Positions 1-8,199 are shown, numbered from the stretch's first letter. The stretch: DNA of 44,174 nucleotides from a virus (IMGVR_UViG_3300048854_000064:1-44174); one strand, 5' to 3'. Notes: generated from the letters alone by a model not told the origin. Program-made: numbers and translations.

Positions 1-244
1 GAACAATGACCGACTTATCCACAGGCGCGGGGGCGCTGAACGTCTGTGGCTGGATTTGCTCGACGGCGCCGAATTCCCACTTGACCGCCTGATCGACGCG
101 AAACAAACCCTCGCGAAAGCGATCGGCTCCAGCACCAATGAGGACTGACACGATGGACAAGCTACTCGCTTCATTTCAGAACGCCACGCAAGCCGGATTG
201 CGAGACATCGCAACCGCGCTCGAGCAATTTTCGTCTGGCGTCGC
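1..244 (+). repeat. Terminal direct repeat, left copy
   Basis: Matches 43931-44174 except at pos 7 (t vs c) and pos 117 (a vs c). It covers the end of PRTRC B and the start of PRTRC A. Confidence 0.97.
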
Positions 245-944
245 CGACGAGCTGGCCCGCGCAAAGCCGCGAGCGATCGCAGCTACCGAGGATGACGAAT
301 CCCTACCGCTCGACATCGCGTTGTTCGACAGCGCTCCGACCGTCGCCGTGCCAAAGCACGCCAAGTTTGCGCCGTTGCTCGAAGTCGGCCATCGCTTTTT
401 GATGACCGCCGAAGGCGTCTTTGTCGAGGTGCGGCGTCCATGGCTGCACGTCATCCAGCGCTTATCTGCTCATGCCGGCGCAAGCCCGCGCCCGCCGTAT
501 GGCGACATTGAGCCGAAGATCGAACTGGCATTTGGCCGGCTTGGCGTCGCTCTCCCCTTTGTCCAGGCGTTCGCAGAGGAAGCGCGCAGCGCGTTGCCAA
601 ATGAGCACGCCGCGTGGATCGTATGGGACCACGACAAGCAAGAGCTTGCATACAAGGGGCTTCATGTATCACAAGCCACACCGGGCGCGATCACGTTCGA
701 GCGGCCAGTGCTCGCGCCGAATGAGTCGCTTGCGATCGACATTCACAGTCACGGTGCTGGAATGGCTTACTTCAGTCCGCAAGACGACACAGACGACGCC
801 GGCGAAGTAAAGATCTCCGCGGTGCTCGGCAGCCTTGATGCCGATGGCACGCCAAGCGTTGCATTCCGCCTTTGCGTGCTCGGCATGTTCATTCCGTTGA
901 AAGTGCCCGCAGCAGCAGTCTTTAAGGTTCCGGAGCCGGCATGA
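153..944 (+). CDS. PRTRC system protein A, JAB/MPN+ metalloprotease
   Basis: JAMM motif: PNE...IDIHSHGAGMAYFSPQDDTDD (E, HxH, S, D). ATG at 153 follows GAGGA. It lies between the E2-like gene and ThiF. Confidence 0.9.
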   Translation: MDKLLASFQNATQAGLRDIATALEQFSSGVADELARAKPRAIAATEDDESLPLDIALFDSAPTVAVPKHAKFAPLLEVGHRFLMTAEGVFVEVRRPWLHVIQRLSAHAGASPRPPYGDIEPKIELAFGRLGVALPFVQAFAEEARSALPNEHAAWIVWDHDKQELAYKGLHVSQATPGAITFERPVLAPNESLAIDIHSHGAGMAYFSPQDDTDDAGEVKISAVLGSLDADGTPSVAFRLCVLGMFIPLKVPAAAVFKVPEPA

Positions 945-1669
945 CGCACATAACGCCTGCGCATTTCCTCGATCGGCGCGTGAACATTGCGCTGATTGGG
1001 TGCGGCGGAAATGGCTCGCAGATGCTCACTGGCCTGGCGCGTCTCAACCACGCGCTTACGGCACTCGGTCATCCGGGTCTGCACGTGACCGCTTTCGACG
1101 GCGACACGGTCAGCGAGGCGAACATCGGTCGCCAGATGTTTAGCCCCGCAGACGTCGGCCAGTACAAGAGCGTCGTGCTCGTGCATAGGTTGAATGCCTT
1201 CTTCGGTCTCGACTGGCACGCCCGGCCGATTCCGGCCAGCACGCAAGAGGTGATTCACGCAGGGCCGGGCATCGCAATAATGTGCGTCGACAGCGCAGCT
1301 GCTCGAGCGAAGCTTGAGCCGGTCCTCGCGCGCGCAGCTGTGTATGTGATGGATCTGGGAAATCGGGCGAGCGATGGCCAGGTGATATTCGGGCATAACA
1401 AGTCGACCGCCGAGGCTGGCAGTACGCCACTGCGGTGGCCTTATGCGGTGCTGCCGGAATTGATCGATACAACGATTCCAGAAGACGACACGCCGAGTTG
1501 CGGGCTGGCCGAAGCGCTCGAGCGGCAAGAGCTTTTCATCAATCAGGCGATCGTGACGCCGGCGCTCGGGATCCTGTGGGAGTTTTTCCGACATGGCCGC
1601 CTCACCTGGTGCGGTGCCTTTGTGAATCTCAAGACCGGGCACGTTCGCCCGCTGCCTGTGGATAACTAA
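941..1669 (+). CDS. PRTRC system ThiF/E1-like activating enzyme
   Basis: IALIGCGGNGS nucleotide-binding loop, DGDTVSEANIGRQ, CVD, DLGN and a candidate catalytic Cys in TPSCGLAEAL. ATGA overlap with protein A. Confidence 0.93.
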   Translation: MTHITPAHFLDRRVNIALIGCGGNGSQMLTGLARLNHALTALGHPGLHVTAFDGDTVSEANIGRQMFSPADVGQYKSVVLVHRLNAFFGLDWHARPIPASTQEVIHAGPGIAIMCVDSAAARAKLEPVLARAAVYVMDLGNRASDGQVIFGHNKSTAEAGSTPLRWPYAVLPELIDTTIPEDDTPSCGLAEALERQELFINQAIVTPALGILWEFFRHGRLTWCGAFVNLKTGHVRPLPVDN

Positions 1670-1670
1670 T

Positions 1671-2030
1671 ATGCCACTTGATCTGATCGGCGGCCACCAT
1701 GCCGGACCGTTGTTTGTGCCGATAAAGCGCCGCGCTCCGCTCATTGTTTCCGGTAAGACCGCCGGCCGGCGTCGACGCATGCGTGAGCGACGCGCGATGC
1801 CGCCATGGGTTCGACTTGCCGATATTCGGCCGTTCTATAGCGAGGCAAAGCGCCTCACGCGGGAAACGGGAATGCTGCACGTCGTCGATCACATCGTGCC
1901 GCTCGACGGAAAGATCGTTTGCGGCCTACACGCACCGCACAATTTTCAGGTTATCCCGTGGCGCGAAAACGCCATCAAAGGCTGGTTTGTCTGGCCTGGA
2001 ATGCCATTTGAACAAATGGAGCTTTTGTAA
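1671..2030 (+). CDS. HNH endonuclease-like protein
   Basis: VDHIVPL...GLH..HN.QV...EN..K is an HNH-type motif. It starts 1 nt after the ThiF stop. Confidence 0.75.
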   Translation: MPLDLIGGHHAGPLFVPIKRRAPLIVSGKTAGRRRRMRERRAMPPWVRLADIRPFYSEAKRLTRETGMLHVVDHIVPLDGKIVCGLHAPHNFQVIPWRENAIKGWFVWPGMPFEQMELL

Positions 2031-2099
2031 ATGCCCACATCCTCATCAATCTCGGATCAGGTGGCACGTGAGTTTGTGCATGTTGGCGCGATGAATCCT

Positions 2100-2609
2100 C
2101 TAATGGCTGAGCTGATGTGCACTCGCTTTCACGATTGCACGTTGAGTTGCAAATTGCTCGGAAAACTCTTGCGCGTGATTAACCCGACGGTTCTCCATTT
2201 CAATGATGGTCCGGGAAGAGATCTTGGCAACGGCTTCGTTAATGAGCTTTTTGCATGCCAAAAACGCGGCAAGGGCAGCATATGGCTGTATCAAGTGCAT
2301 GGGTATTTCGTTGAGGGCCGACAACGCCTGCAGCAGTCGTTCTCTCTCGCTCATAAAGTTCTCGCTGACTGGGTTGCGAGACGCTTCCCATCTGCTCGAT
2401 ACAGAATTCAGGGCGCGCTCCGCGTCTTCCAATATGCCGAGAACTCCATTCAGCAACGTGACCTTGTCGGCATTTCGTTGGCGTCGAAACTGCCTGTTTT
2501 GATACATGAAGATGCAGATCGTGACAATGATCGCTACGAGCGCACCCACGGTTTGGGCCCATCCGGAAAGCTTGTCATGCTGTTCGAGCCAACAAATAAT
2601 CGACGCCAT
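2100..2609 (-). CDS. Hypothetical membrane-anchored protein (counter-oriented moron)
   Basis: N-terminal hydrophobic helix WAQTVGALVAIIVTICIF followed by a helical soluble domain. AT-richer than the flanks. Start inferred at ATG 2609. Confidence 0.7.
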   Translation of the reverse strand: MASIICWLEQHDKLSGWAQTVGALVAIIVTICIFMYQNRQFRRQRNADKVTLLNGVLGILEDAERALNSVSSRWEASRNPVSENFMSERERLLQALSALNEIPMHLIQPYAALAAFLACKKLINEAVAKISSRTIIEMENRRVNHAQEFSEQFATQRAIVKASAHQLSH

Positions 2610-3192
2610 GCGTGAACTCCCGATCTTATTTTCTGGCGCGATGGTACGTGCGTTGCTGGACGGCAGCAAGACGCAGACGAGACGTGTCGTCAAAGGCTTT
2701 GCGCTCGATTTGCTGCAGCCGGACAACTTCACCCCGGAATTCGTCGCACTCCCTGAGAATGGAAACAGTCCCTACGGGTTCGTGGGCGATCATCTGTATG
2801 TGCGCGAGACATGGGCACAGCCAGCCGCTCTTGATCCTGGCCCAACTGTCTACCGCTCCGACTACCCTGCGTGCGTGCCAGCCGGCTTTGAGAACATTCC
2901 GCCGGCGGACGAGGTCACATGGAAACCGTCCATCCACATGCCGCGCTCGCTTTCGCGGATCACCCTCGAAGTCACAGGCGTGCGCGTCGAGCGGCTGCAG
3001 GACATCGGTGAGGCCGACGCATGGGCCGAAGGCTGCCCGGAAGACGCCACTTGGGCGCTCGATTGGTACCGCTCGCTATGGGACAACCTCAACGCCGCAC
3101 GCGGGTATGGGTGGGACGTCAATCCGTGGGTTTGGGTCGTCGAATTCGCAAGAGCAACTTCGGATAACCCCATATCAAGGCTATCTGAATAA
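2608..3192 (+). CDS. Phage ASCH/PUA-like hypothetical protein
   Basis: MRELPILFSGAMVRALLDGSKTQTRR...LYVRETW...WKPSIHMPR...NPWVWVVEF is a widespread phage family pattern. Confidence 0.8.
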   Translation: MRELPILFSGAMVRALLDGSKTQTRRVVKGFALDLLQPDNFTPEFVALPENGNSPYGFVGDHLYVRETWAQPAALDPGPTVYRSDYPACVPAGFENIPPADEVTWKPSIHMPRSLSRITLEVTGVRVERLQDIGEADAWAEGCPEDATWALDWYRSLWDNLNAARGYGWDVNPWVWVVEFARATSDNPISRLSE

Positions 3193-3565
3193 TCCAACCA
3201 ATGAATCCAGCAAGGACGCTCTGACAGATGCTCCCTACCCAGCTTTTCAATGATGAGTTCGCGTCTAGTGTCACCGTATTTTGGTCAACAACGACTCCGG
3301 ACGAGTCCTCTAAATCAGCTAGGCCTATGCCGTTGACGGTATTCCTCTCGATTTTCCCGCCGTGCATTCTGGGAGCATATATGGCGTATGAAGGAGCGGC
3401 CCTTGTAGGGTCAATCGCCATTCGAATGAAGAGGAGAGAACCGATAATTATCAATAGAGGAACGACAAGAGTCTTTGCGATTTTGATCCATGTGTTTTCG
3501 GGCCGTGGCGCGAAATCTTGGTTTGCTACGCCCTTCTTATTCCGAGCCTCTTTTTTCGTAGACAC
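3119..3565 (-). CDS. Hypothetical two-TM membrane protein (counter-oriented moron)
   Basis: Two hydrophobic segments (TLVVPLLIIIGSLLFI and VLAGFIGWIIQIALIWG). GTG at 3565 follows GAGG. AT-rich. Confidence 0.6.
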   Translation of the reverse strand: MSTKKEARNKKGVANQDFAPRPENTWIKIAKTLVVPLLIIIGSLLFIRMAIDPTRAAPSYAIYAPRMHGGKIERNTVNGIGLADLEDSSGVVVDQNTVTLDANSSLKSWVGSICQSVLAGFIGWIIQIALIWGYPKLLLRIRRPKPTD

Positions 3566-3663
3566 ATTCGCCTCTGATCGAAAATATCGAGGAATCCTAG
3601 CATGACGCTGCACATAGACGCGCTATTGCGCATCACTCGTAAAGACTGGCTCGGGGAACAAGC

Positions 3664-3870
3664 ATGAAAACCGGAGTGATGACCGTTCAAGACTTAATTG
3701 ACCTGACCGGCGGCCTGAAGCAAGGAGCCGCGCAGATCCGATGGATCGAGCAAAACATAGGAATCAAGTGCCCGCGCAAGATCGACGGGCACCCGCTCCT
3801 GACGTGGGAGCAGTATCACAAGCCCGCAGAGGCTAGCCGCAAGGCCAACATAAATTGGGAAGTCGCATGA
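3664..3870 (+). CDS. xis: Probable excisionase (DUF4224-like small DNA-binding protein)
   Basis: 68 aa with DLIDLTGG..Q..QIRW pattern. Its stop overlaps the integrase ATG (ATGA). Confidence 0.7.
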   Translation: MKTGVMTVQDLIDLTGGLKQGAAQIRWIEQNIGIKCPRKIDGHPLLTWEQYHKPAEASRKANINWEVA

Positions 3871-4886
3871 AACGCAGGGACGGCTTGTTGCCCCGCATGG
3901 AGGCAATCAAGCGAAAAAAAGGAATCAGCTACCGCTACCACCCGGTGGGCGCCAAGCCGATCAGCCTAGGGATGGACAAGACTGCCGCCGTTCGGAAGGT
4001 TCTCGATCTGCTCGGCGCCAGCGGCGATCTTGGAACCATCGGCAAGCTGTGGGAGCAATTTCAAGAGACGGCACAGTGGAAGCGCTACGCGCCGGACACC
4101 CGCACTGACTACACGCAGTGCAGCCTCATGATCCTGAAGATTTTCAACAAGGCGCGCGCATCCGACATCGAGGCGCCAGACATCGCGCGCTATCTCCGCA
4201 AGGAACGTGCAGACGCGCCCGTCCGAGCCAACCGCGAGGTCGCGCTGCTTTCAAACTTGATTGGCTTGGCGATCGAGCGCGGAGAGGCGAAACATAACCC
4301 GTGCCGCGAAGTGCGCCGGAATGAAGAACAACCTCGCACGGAGGCACCGGACCCGAAGGAGTTCGCGGCGTTCTCCGTTTGGCTGTCCGCCAAGGGCGGC
4401 CAGAAAGCAGTCATGGGCATGGCTGCAGAATACGCCGCGCTCGCTGGTAATCGGAAGGTGGAATTTCTGGACCTGGCGTGGCCGCAGGTCGATCGCGCGG
4501 CCGGCGAGATTCGCACGAAAAGAGCGAAGCAGCGGGGGAAGAAACGGGGCGAAGTTATCGAAATTATCGAAATCACTCCGCGCTTAAGCGAACTGCTGGA
4601 TCGCCTGGAAAAGCTGCGCACTGCGCGCGACTGTCTCTATGTGTTCCGCAATCGATTCGGGAACGCCTATACGAGCAGCGGCTTCAAAGGCAATTGGGGA
4701 AAGCTGATGAACGATGCGCTGAAGGAGAAGGTTATCAGCCGCCGTTTTACGTTCCACGACCTGCGCGCGCACTACGTCACGCAGCACAAATCGGAGCGCG
4801 GAACCCTGCCAGATCTGCACGCGAATCCCGCGACGACCGCCCGCATTTACGATCGTAACAAGACGGTCAACCGCAAAGGGCTGTAA
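3867..4886 (+). CDS. int: Tyrosine recombinase (phage integrase)
   Basis: Catalytic residues visible in GNRKVE (R), FHDLRA (HxxR) and LHANPATTARIY (H, Y). Adjacent to attP. Confidence 0.93.
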   Translation: MKRRDGLLPRMEAIKRKKGISYRYHPVGAKPISLGMDKTAAVRKVLDLLGASGDLGTIGKLWEQFQETAQWKRYAPDTRTDYTQCSLMILKIFNKARASDIEAPDIARYLRKERADAPVRANREVALLSNLIGLAIERGEAKHNPCREVRRNEEQPRTEAPDPKEFAAFSVWLSAKGGQKAVMGMAAEYAALAGNRKVEFLDLAWPQVDRAAGEIRTKRAKQRGKKRGEVIEIIEITPRLSELLDRLEKLRTARDCLYVFRNRFGNAYTSSGFKGNWGKLMNDALKEKVISRRFTFHDLRAHYVTQHKSERGTLPDLHANPATTARIYDRNKTVNRKGL

Positions 4887-4921
4887 AGAAGAAATTCCAT
4901 TTTGTGGAATATCCAATGAAA

Positions 4922-4951
4922 ACGGGCACTGTAATTTCTTACAGTGCCCGT
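4922..4951. terminator. 13-bp perfect inverted repeat between int and the att core
   Basis: ACGGGCACTGTAA-tttc-TTACAGTGCCCGT. On the minus strand it is followed by T residues, so it could terminate the tRNA restored after integration. Confidence 0.65.
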
Positions 4952-4982
4952 CGATAAACCATTGAAACACATACCAATTCGT

Positions 4983-5032
4983 TGGGGTGGCTGATGGGGC
5001 TCGAACCCACGACAACAGGAATCACAATCCTG
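4983..5032 (-). other. attP core = 3' half of tRNA-His(GUG)
   Basis: Reverse complement is CAGGATTGTGATTCCTGTTGTCGTGGGTTCGAGCCCCATCAGCCACCCCA: anticodon arm with GTG, T-arm GGTTCGA, and CCA end. The 5' half is absent. Confidence 0.92.
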
Positions 5033-5045
5033 TATATCCATACAT
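5030..5045. promoter_or_regulatory. Near-perfect LexA (SOS) box overlapping the att core edge
   Basis: CTGTATATCCATACAT is one mismatch from CTGT-N8-ACAG, and 15 of 16 bases are identical to 6131-6146. Confidence 0.5.
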
Positions 5046-5210
5046 ATCAATCAAGGGTTCCCGACCGTTTTGTGGAACTGAATCCCTGAACTGGCCTTTG
5101 ATTTCATTGGTTTTTTCCGACTCTGTTCCACAAAGGCTACGCCTTCTAAAGGTTTTGCTTATAATGGCCGATAAAGTGTTTTTGTTTTGTCAAGTCAATC
5201 AGGGGGATGT

Positions 5211-5762
5211 ATGTTGGCAGTGACGATGGAGACAGCCGCTGAAGGCGTTGAAGCGTCCCTCGCTAGCCTGGTAAGTAAGCATCGCGGCGGCGCGAGCGCA
5301 TTGTATCGGGTGGAACTGTTTTGGCTAACCAGGGTACGGCTTCCTTGGCTTCAGCGGTTGATGACGCGAGGCGCAAAGTCGGCGAATCGCGCCACCGCAC
5401 GATTGATCATGTCACTTCTAAATATTGGTAATGTGGCGGACTTCTATTCCACTAAGCCGGTGGATCTTGATCTCAGACTGCGAGACGTACTCGAAAGGGT
5501 GAAGGAGGATGCGATTGAGTCCCGCGATAAATCCTTGGAACGAATTTCCGCTCTTCAGCAACGTAGCAGCGAGTTGAAAGTGTACGAGGCTGAGCTCAGG
5601 CGGGGCGTTTCGCTTGCCGTCGAGATGTTCAACGTGGCAAACCAAATTCAGTGGAAACTTGCCGAACATGATTCGGACGTTGCCGCCCGGCTCGACGGGT
5701 TTGTTGCGTCAAGCTACGAAGAAACAAACGCAATCTTGGACCGAATCTTAGCCGGAGGCTGA
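5211..5762 (+). CDS. Hypothetical alpha-helical protein, candidate antitoxin
   Basis: ATG at 5211 follows AGGGGG, with TATAAT at 5160-5165. It lies directly upstream of a RelE-like gene and has an acidic C-terminus. Confidence 0.65.
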   Translation: MLAVTMETAAEGVEASLASLVSKHRGGASALYRVELFWLTRVRLPWLQRLMTRGAKSANRATARLIMSLLNIGNVADFYSTKPVDLDLRLRDVLERVKEDAIESRDKSLERISALQQRSSELKVYEAELRRGVSLAVEMFNVANQIQWKLAEHDSDVAARLDGFVASSYEETNAILDRILAGG

Positions 5763-5766
5763 TTGC

Positions 5767-6102
5767 GTGGAAGGTTTCATAATAAAAAAAGTCGACTACG
5801 GCTCACCAATTTTTCAGAAAACGTTCGCAAAGTTAGACGTCCAAGTCATCAAAGAAGCCCGTAAGGTTTTCGGAGAGCTTCCGCTCCTAGACGTTTCTTG
5901 TGCTCCTGCAAAGCTGCATTTGCACACCTTGAAGGGGTTGACTGTCCGTTCCGCTGTGGATCCGACGCGAACTGTTGCCGTCTACACAATCCACATCACC
6001 ACCAATGATAAATACAAGGCCAGCTTCACTTTTGAAGACGGCACGGCATACATGCGCGTCTGCGGAACACACGACTGGGTTGACAAGAATCCTGGCGGGT
6101 AA
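5767..6102 (+). CDS. RelE/ParE-superfamily toxin-like protein
   Basis: 111 aa with FQKTFAKL...LHLHTLKG...YTIHIT..YKASF...MRVCGTHD, a RelE/HigB-like size and pattern. Confidence 0.7.
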   Translation: MEGFIIKKVDYGSPIFQKTFAKLDVQVIKEARKVFGELPLLDVSCAPAKLHLHTLKGLTVRSAVDPTRTVAVYTIHITTNDKYKASFTFEDGTAYMRVCGTHDWVDKNPGG

Positions 6103-6130
6103 ATCGGCGGACGGCGCCTAGTCGTCTACA

Positions 6131-6146
6131 CTGTATATCCATACAG
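6131..6146. promoter_or_regulatory. LexA (SOS) box
   Basis: CTGTATATCCATACAG is a perfect CTGT-N8-ACAG, 14 nt upstream of ATG 6161. Confidence 0.85.
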
Positions 6147-6160
6147 CATAAAGGGCTTTC

Positions 6161-6365
6161 ATGCATCACCTCTATCCACACGGCGAGAGTCACCCATGAC
6201 TGGGAATGTGAGCATTGGGGCGGGTGGGATTCGTCGGGGTGCTACGCTGTTTGCCTGTACGACAATCACGTCCTGATAAAGCAATCGCCTAAAGACGGAT
6301 GTGCAATGTGGGTGCGCGCGACTGATGCGGATGACGATTTTGGATTAGGATCGGTGGCAAAATAG
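6161..6365 (+). pseudogene. Frameshifted small Cys-rich SOS-regulated gene
   Basis: MHHLYPHGESHP stops at TGA 6197-6199. Deleting one base (TGAC to TGC) gives ...PCWECEHWGG...VC...GCAMWVRATDADDD... open to TAG 6365. Confidence 0.6.
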
Positions 6366-6427
6366 TTCCTGCGGGATGGCCCGACGGTTGACGGCCGACG
6401 GGCCAACAGAGTGCGAAAGCAAATCGT

Positions 6428-6973
6428 CTAGGCGAAGCGTCTCGCCTTCATAACAGAGATGATCTGATCGCCAGTCATCTTGCCCATATGAAGGTTGGCG
6501 CGAATCGGTAAGAACACATCGAGCATCCGAAGATGTGCAGGAACCGACTCACTGTGCGAGTTAATATCGCGACCCGCGAAAGACTGAAATCGCTTCAGGT
6601 CATCAATCATGAAAGTCGCGACACCGTAATGCTCTTCGTTGTTCGCGTCGAATCCGGCAAAGGTAATTTCATCGCCGTACACCTCACCTTCGGCCAGAAC
6701 GCGCTTCTTCTCGCCATCGTCGAGACGTGCAAACGCGCTCTCCAGAAATGCCCACATATCAAGAATATCAGCAGTCTCCTTCACAGCCGGCGGGTTTGGT
6801 TGTGTGTGATCGTGATCTTGCAAAAAGTTGTACTGCCATTCAAATGCCCAGAGTTGGTCATTATGCAGAGCCGATTGGACAAATTTGTGATCGATTTCGT
6901 GATCTATTTCAAGCTTCTCATACACCTCGCAAAGCATCTGCAAGATTAACTTCTCAGCGGGGGACACTTTCAT
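6428..6973 (-). CDS. yfbU: YfbU family protein
   Basis: EKLIL.MLCE...ILDMW...FAGFDANNE...RF....INSH...ML pattern. Start at ATG 6973. Confidence 0.85.
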   Translation of the reverse strand: MKVSPAEKLILQMLCEVYEKLEIDHEIDHKFVQSALHNDQLWAFEWQYNFLQDHDHTQPNPPAVKETADILDMWAFLESAFARLDDGEKKRVLAEGEVYGDEITFAGFDANNEEHYGVATFMIDDLKRFQSFAGRDINSHSESVPAHLRMLDVFLPIRANLHMGKMTGDQIISVMKARRFA

Positions 6974-7074
6974 TTTTATCAACCTCGGTTTGAGCGGAGA
7001 GAAAGTGTAGCGCCGCTGACACCGAGAATCCAATTGCCACTTGATAAATAATCAACAAGCTTGCGACCACTGCT

Positions 7075-7338
7075 TTATTTCAGTTTCCATCCGCAATGCT
7101 CAATGCCAACTTTCAGATTATTGGTGATCTGATCGACCAGGCCGCGTGACATAACCTGCACATCGTTGTCGGTCGGCGTCTCCGGCTTGAACCAAAGACA
7201 CGAGTTATCCACGACCCGGGTCGGTCCCGGCACTTCCTTTACCGGAGCCAGGGTTGACTGTGGCGGAGCCGTGAAGCAACCCGATAAGCTGCTCGCGAGC
7301 AGCGTCGTCACCGAGAGCAGCTTGAGCGTTTTCAACAT
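7075..7338 (-). CDS. Rz1: o-spanin (Rz1-like outer-membrane lipoprotein)
   Basis: Signal peptide with lipobox LSGC. Pro-rich. Overlaps the 3' part of the Rz-like gene in another frame. Confidence 0.8.
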   Translation of the reverse strand: MLKTLKLLSVTTLLASSLSGCFTAPPQSTLAPVKEVPGPTRVVDNSCLWFKPETPTDNDVQVMSRGLVDQITNNLKVGIEHCGWKLK

Positions 7339-7588
7339 TTGTCCTTTCCTTCGCGGCTGTGGCCGCAGTCTTTGACGCATCCGCGTCGGCCTGCACGTCC
7401 GCTGTTTTGCGAGCGTTGAGGTTGTCGAGGGCGCCCTGCACGTTGGCATTTGCCGCATTCACTTTGTCGCTCGCCTGTTGGGTGACAGTAGCCACCTTGG
7501 CGTTTGCCGAGTAATGCTTGATGACCCCATAGACGACGCCGAGTGCGCCAACGATCCACGGCCCAAATTGCAAAAGAAGTGCGATCAT
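7205..7588 (-). CDS. Rz: i-spanin (Rz-like)
   Basis: N-terminal TM helix and Ala/Gln coiled-coil. Follows the endolysin with an overlapping start/stop. Confidence 0.8.
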   Translation of the reverse strand: MIALLLQFGPWIVGALGVVYGVIKHYSANAKVATVTQQASDKVNAANANVQGALDNLNARKTADVQADADASKTAATAAKERTNVENAQAALGDDAAREQLIGLLHGSATVNPGSGKGSAGTDPGRG

Positions 7589-8199
7589 TTTCCGTCCCTC
7601 ATCATGTTGGAGAGCCGCAGCGCCCGGCCCGGATTCGCGGGGGTGCCGACACCGACGTCCGTCGCCCACTTCGAATCGAGCATCTCAAGCGCGGCCTTCG
7701 AATAGTCCGCGGTGCGCGCCGCGGCAAGCGTGTCTACGAAACCAAGCAACCGACTAATACCCATGTTGAAACACATGTTCGCGATGACGCGCTGCCGAAC
7801 GTCGTCTAATGAGCGCCACCACGGCAGGTTGCGGTCGAGGTCGGCGTACACGTCGTCCAAATCGTTTTCTAGAAGCTGGTCGACCTGGCTGTCCGTCAAC
7901 GGATAGGTCCAGCCGGCCGGCAGAGGCTTGGCCTGTAGGTTGTGCCCCACGCCGGTAGTCGGAATGCCCTTCGAGTCAAGGTATCGGGTGTACCGAACGG
8001 CCTCGTCACGACGCAGCTCGTCGACAAGCACCATCTCGTTTTGCGGATTTATGGCAAGCGGCTTTACCGCAAGCGATGCAGCAGCCGGCATAGGTGCGGG
8101 CGCCGGCGGTGGAGTCGGCTTTGGAGTCGGCGAAGGCTGAGCGCCGTTGACGGGCTGCTTCGGTTTGAGCAGCGAAAGAACTGCGTCGAGCCAGCTCAT
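7585..8199 (-). CDS. Endolysin, T4-like (GH24) lysozyme with Pro-rich N-terminal extension
   Basis: E-x8-D-x5-T triad (DEAVRYTRYLDSKGIPT), plus GVGHNL, NMCFNMG and EMLDSKWA. Confidence 0.92.
   Translation of the reverse strand: MSWLDAVLSLLKPKQPVNGAQPSPTPKPTPPPAPAPMPAAASLAVKPLAINPQNEMVLVDELRRDEAVRYTRYLDSKGIPTTGVGHNLQAKPLPAGWTYPLTDSQVDQLLENDLDDVYADLDRNLPWWRSLDDVRQRVIANMCFNMGISRLLGFVDTLAAARTADYSKAALEMLDSKWATDVGVGTPANPGRALRLSNMMRDGK

Larger units (their letters stand above)
4900..5134. repeat. Putative integrase arm-type sites TTTGTGGAA flanking the att core
   Basis: TTTTGTGGAA at 4900-4909 and 5068-5077, and an inverted copy TTCCACAAA at 5126-5134. Confidence 0.6.

Noticed and set aside
2031-2615. 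194-aa plus-strand ORF continuing the early operon
   Set aside because: It has no RBS or motif. The opposite-strand ORF has a clear TM helix and more protein-like composition. Not fully excluded.
4983-5032. Functional tRNA-His gene
   Set aside because: Only the anticodon arm to CCA is present. The acceptor 5' strand and D-arm are missing, so it is an att core.
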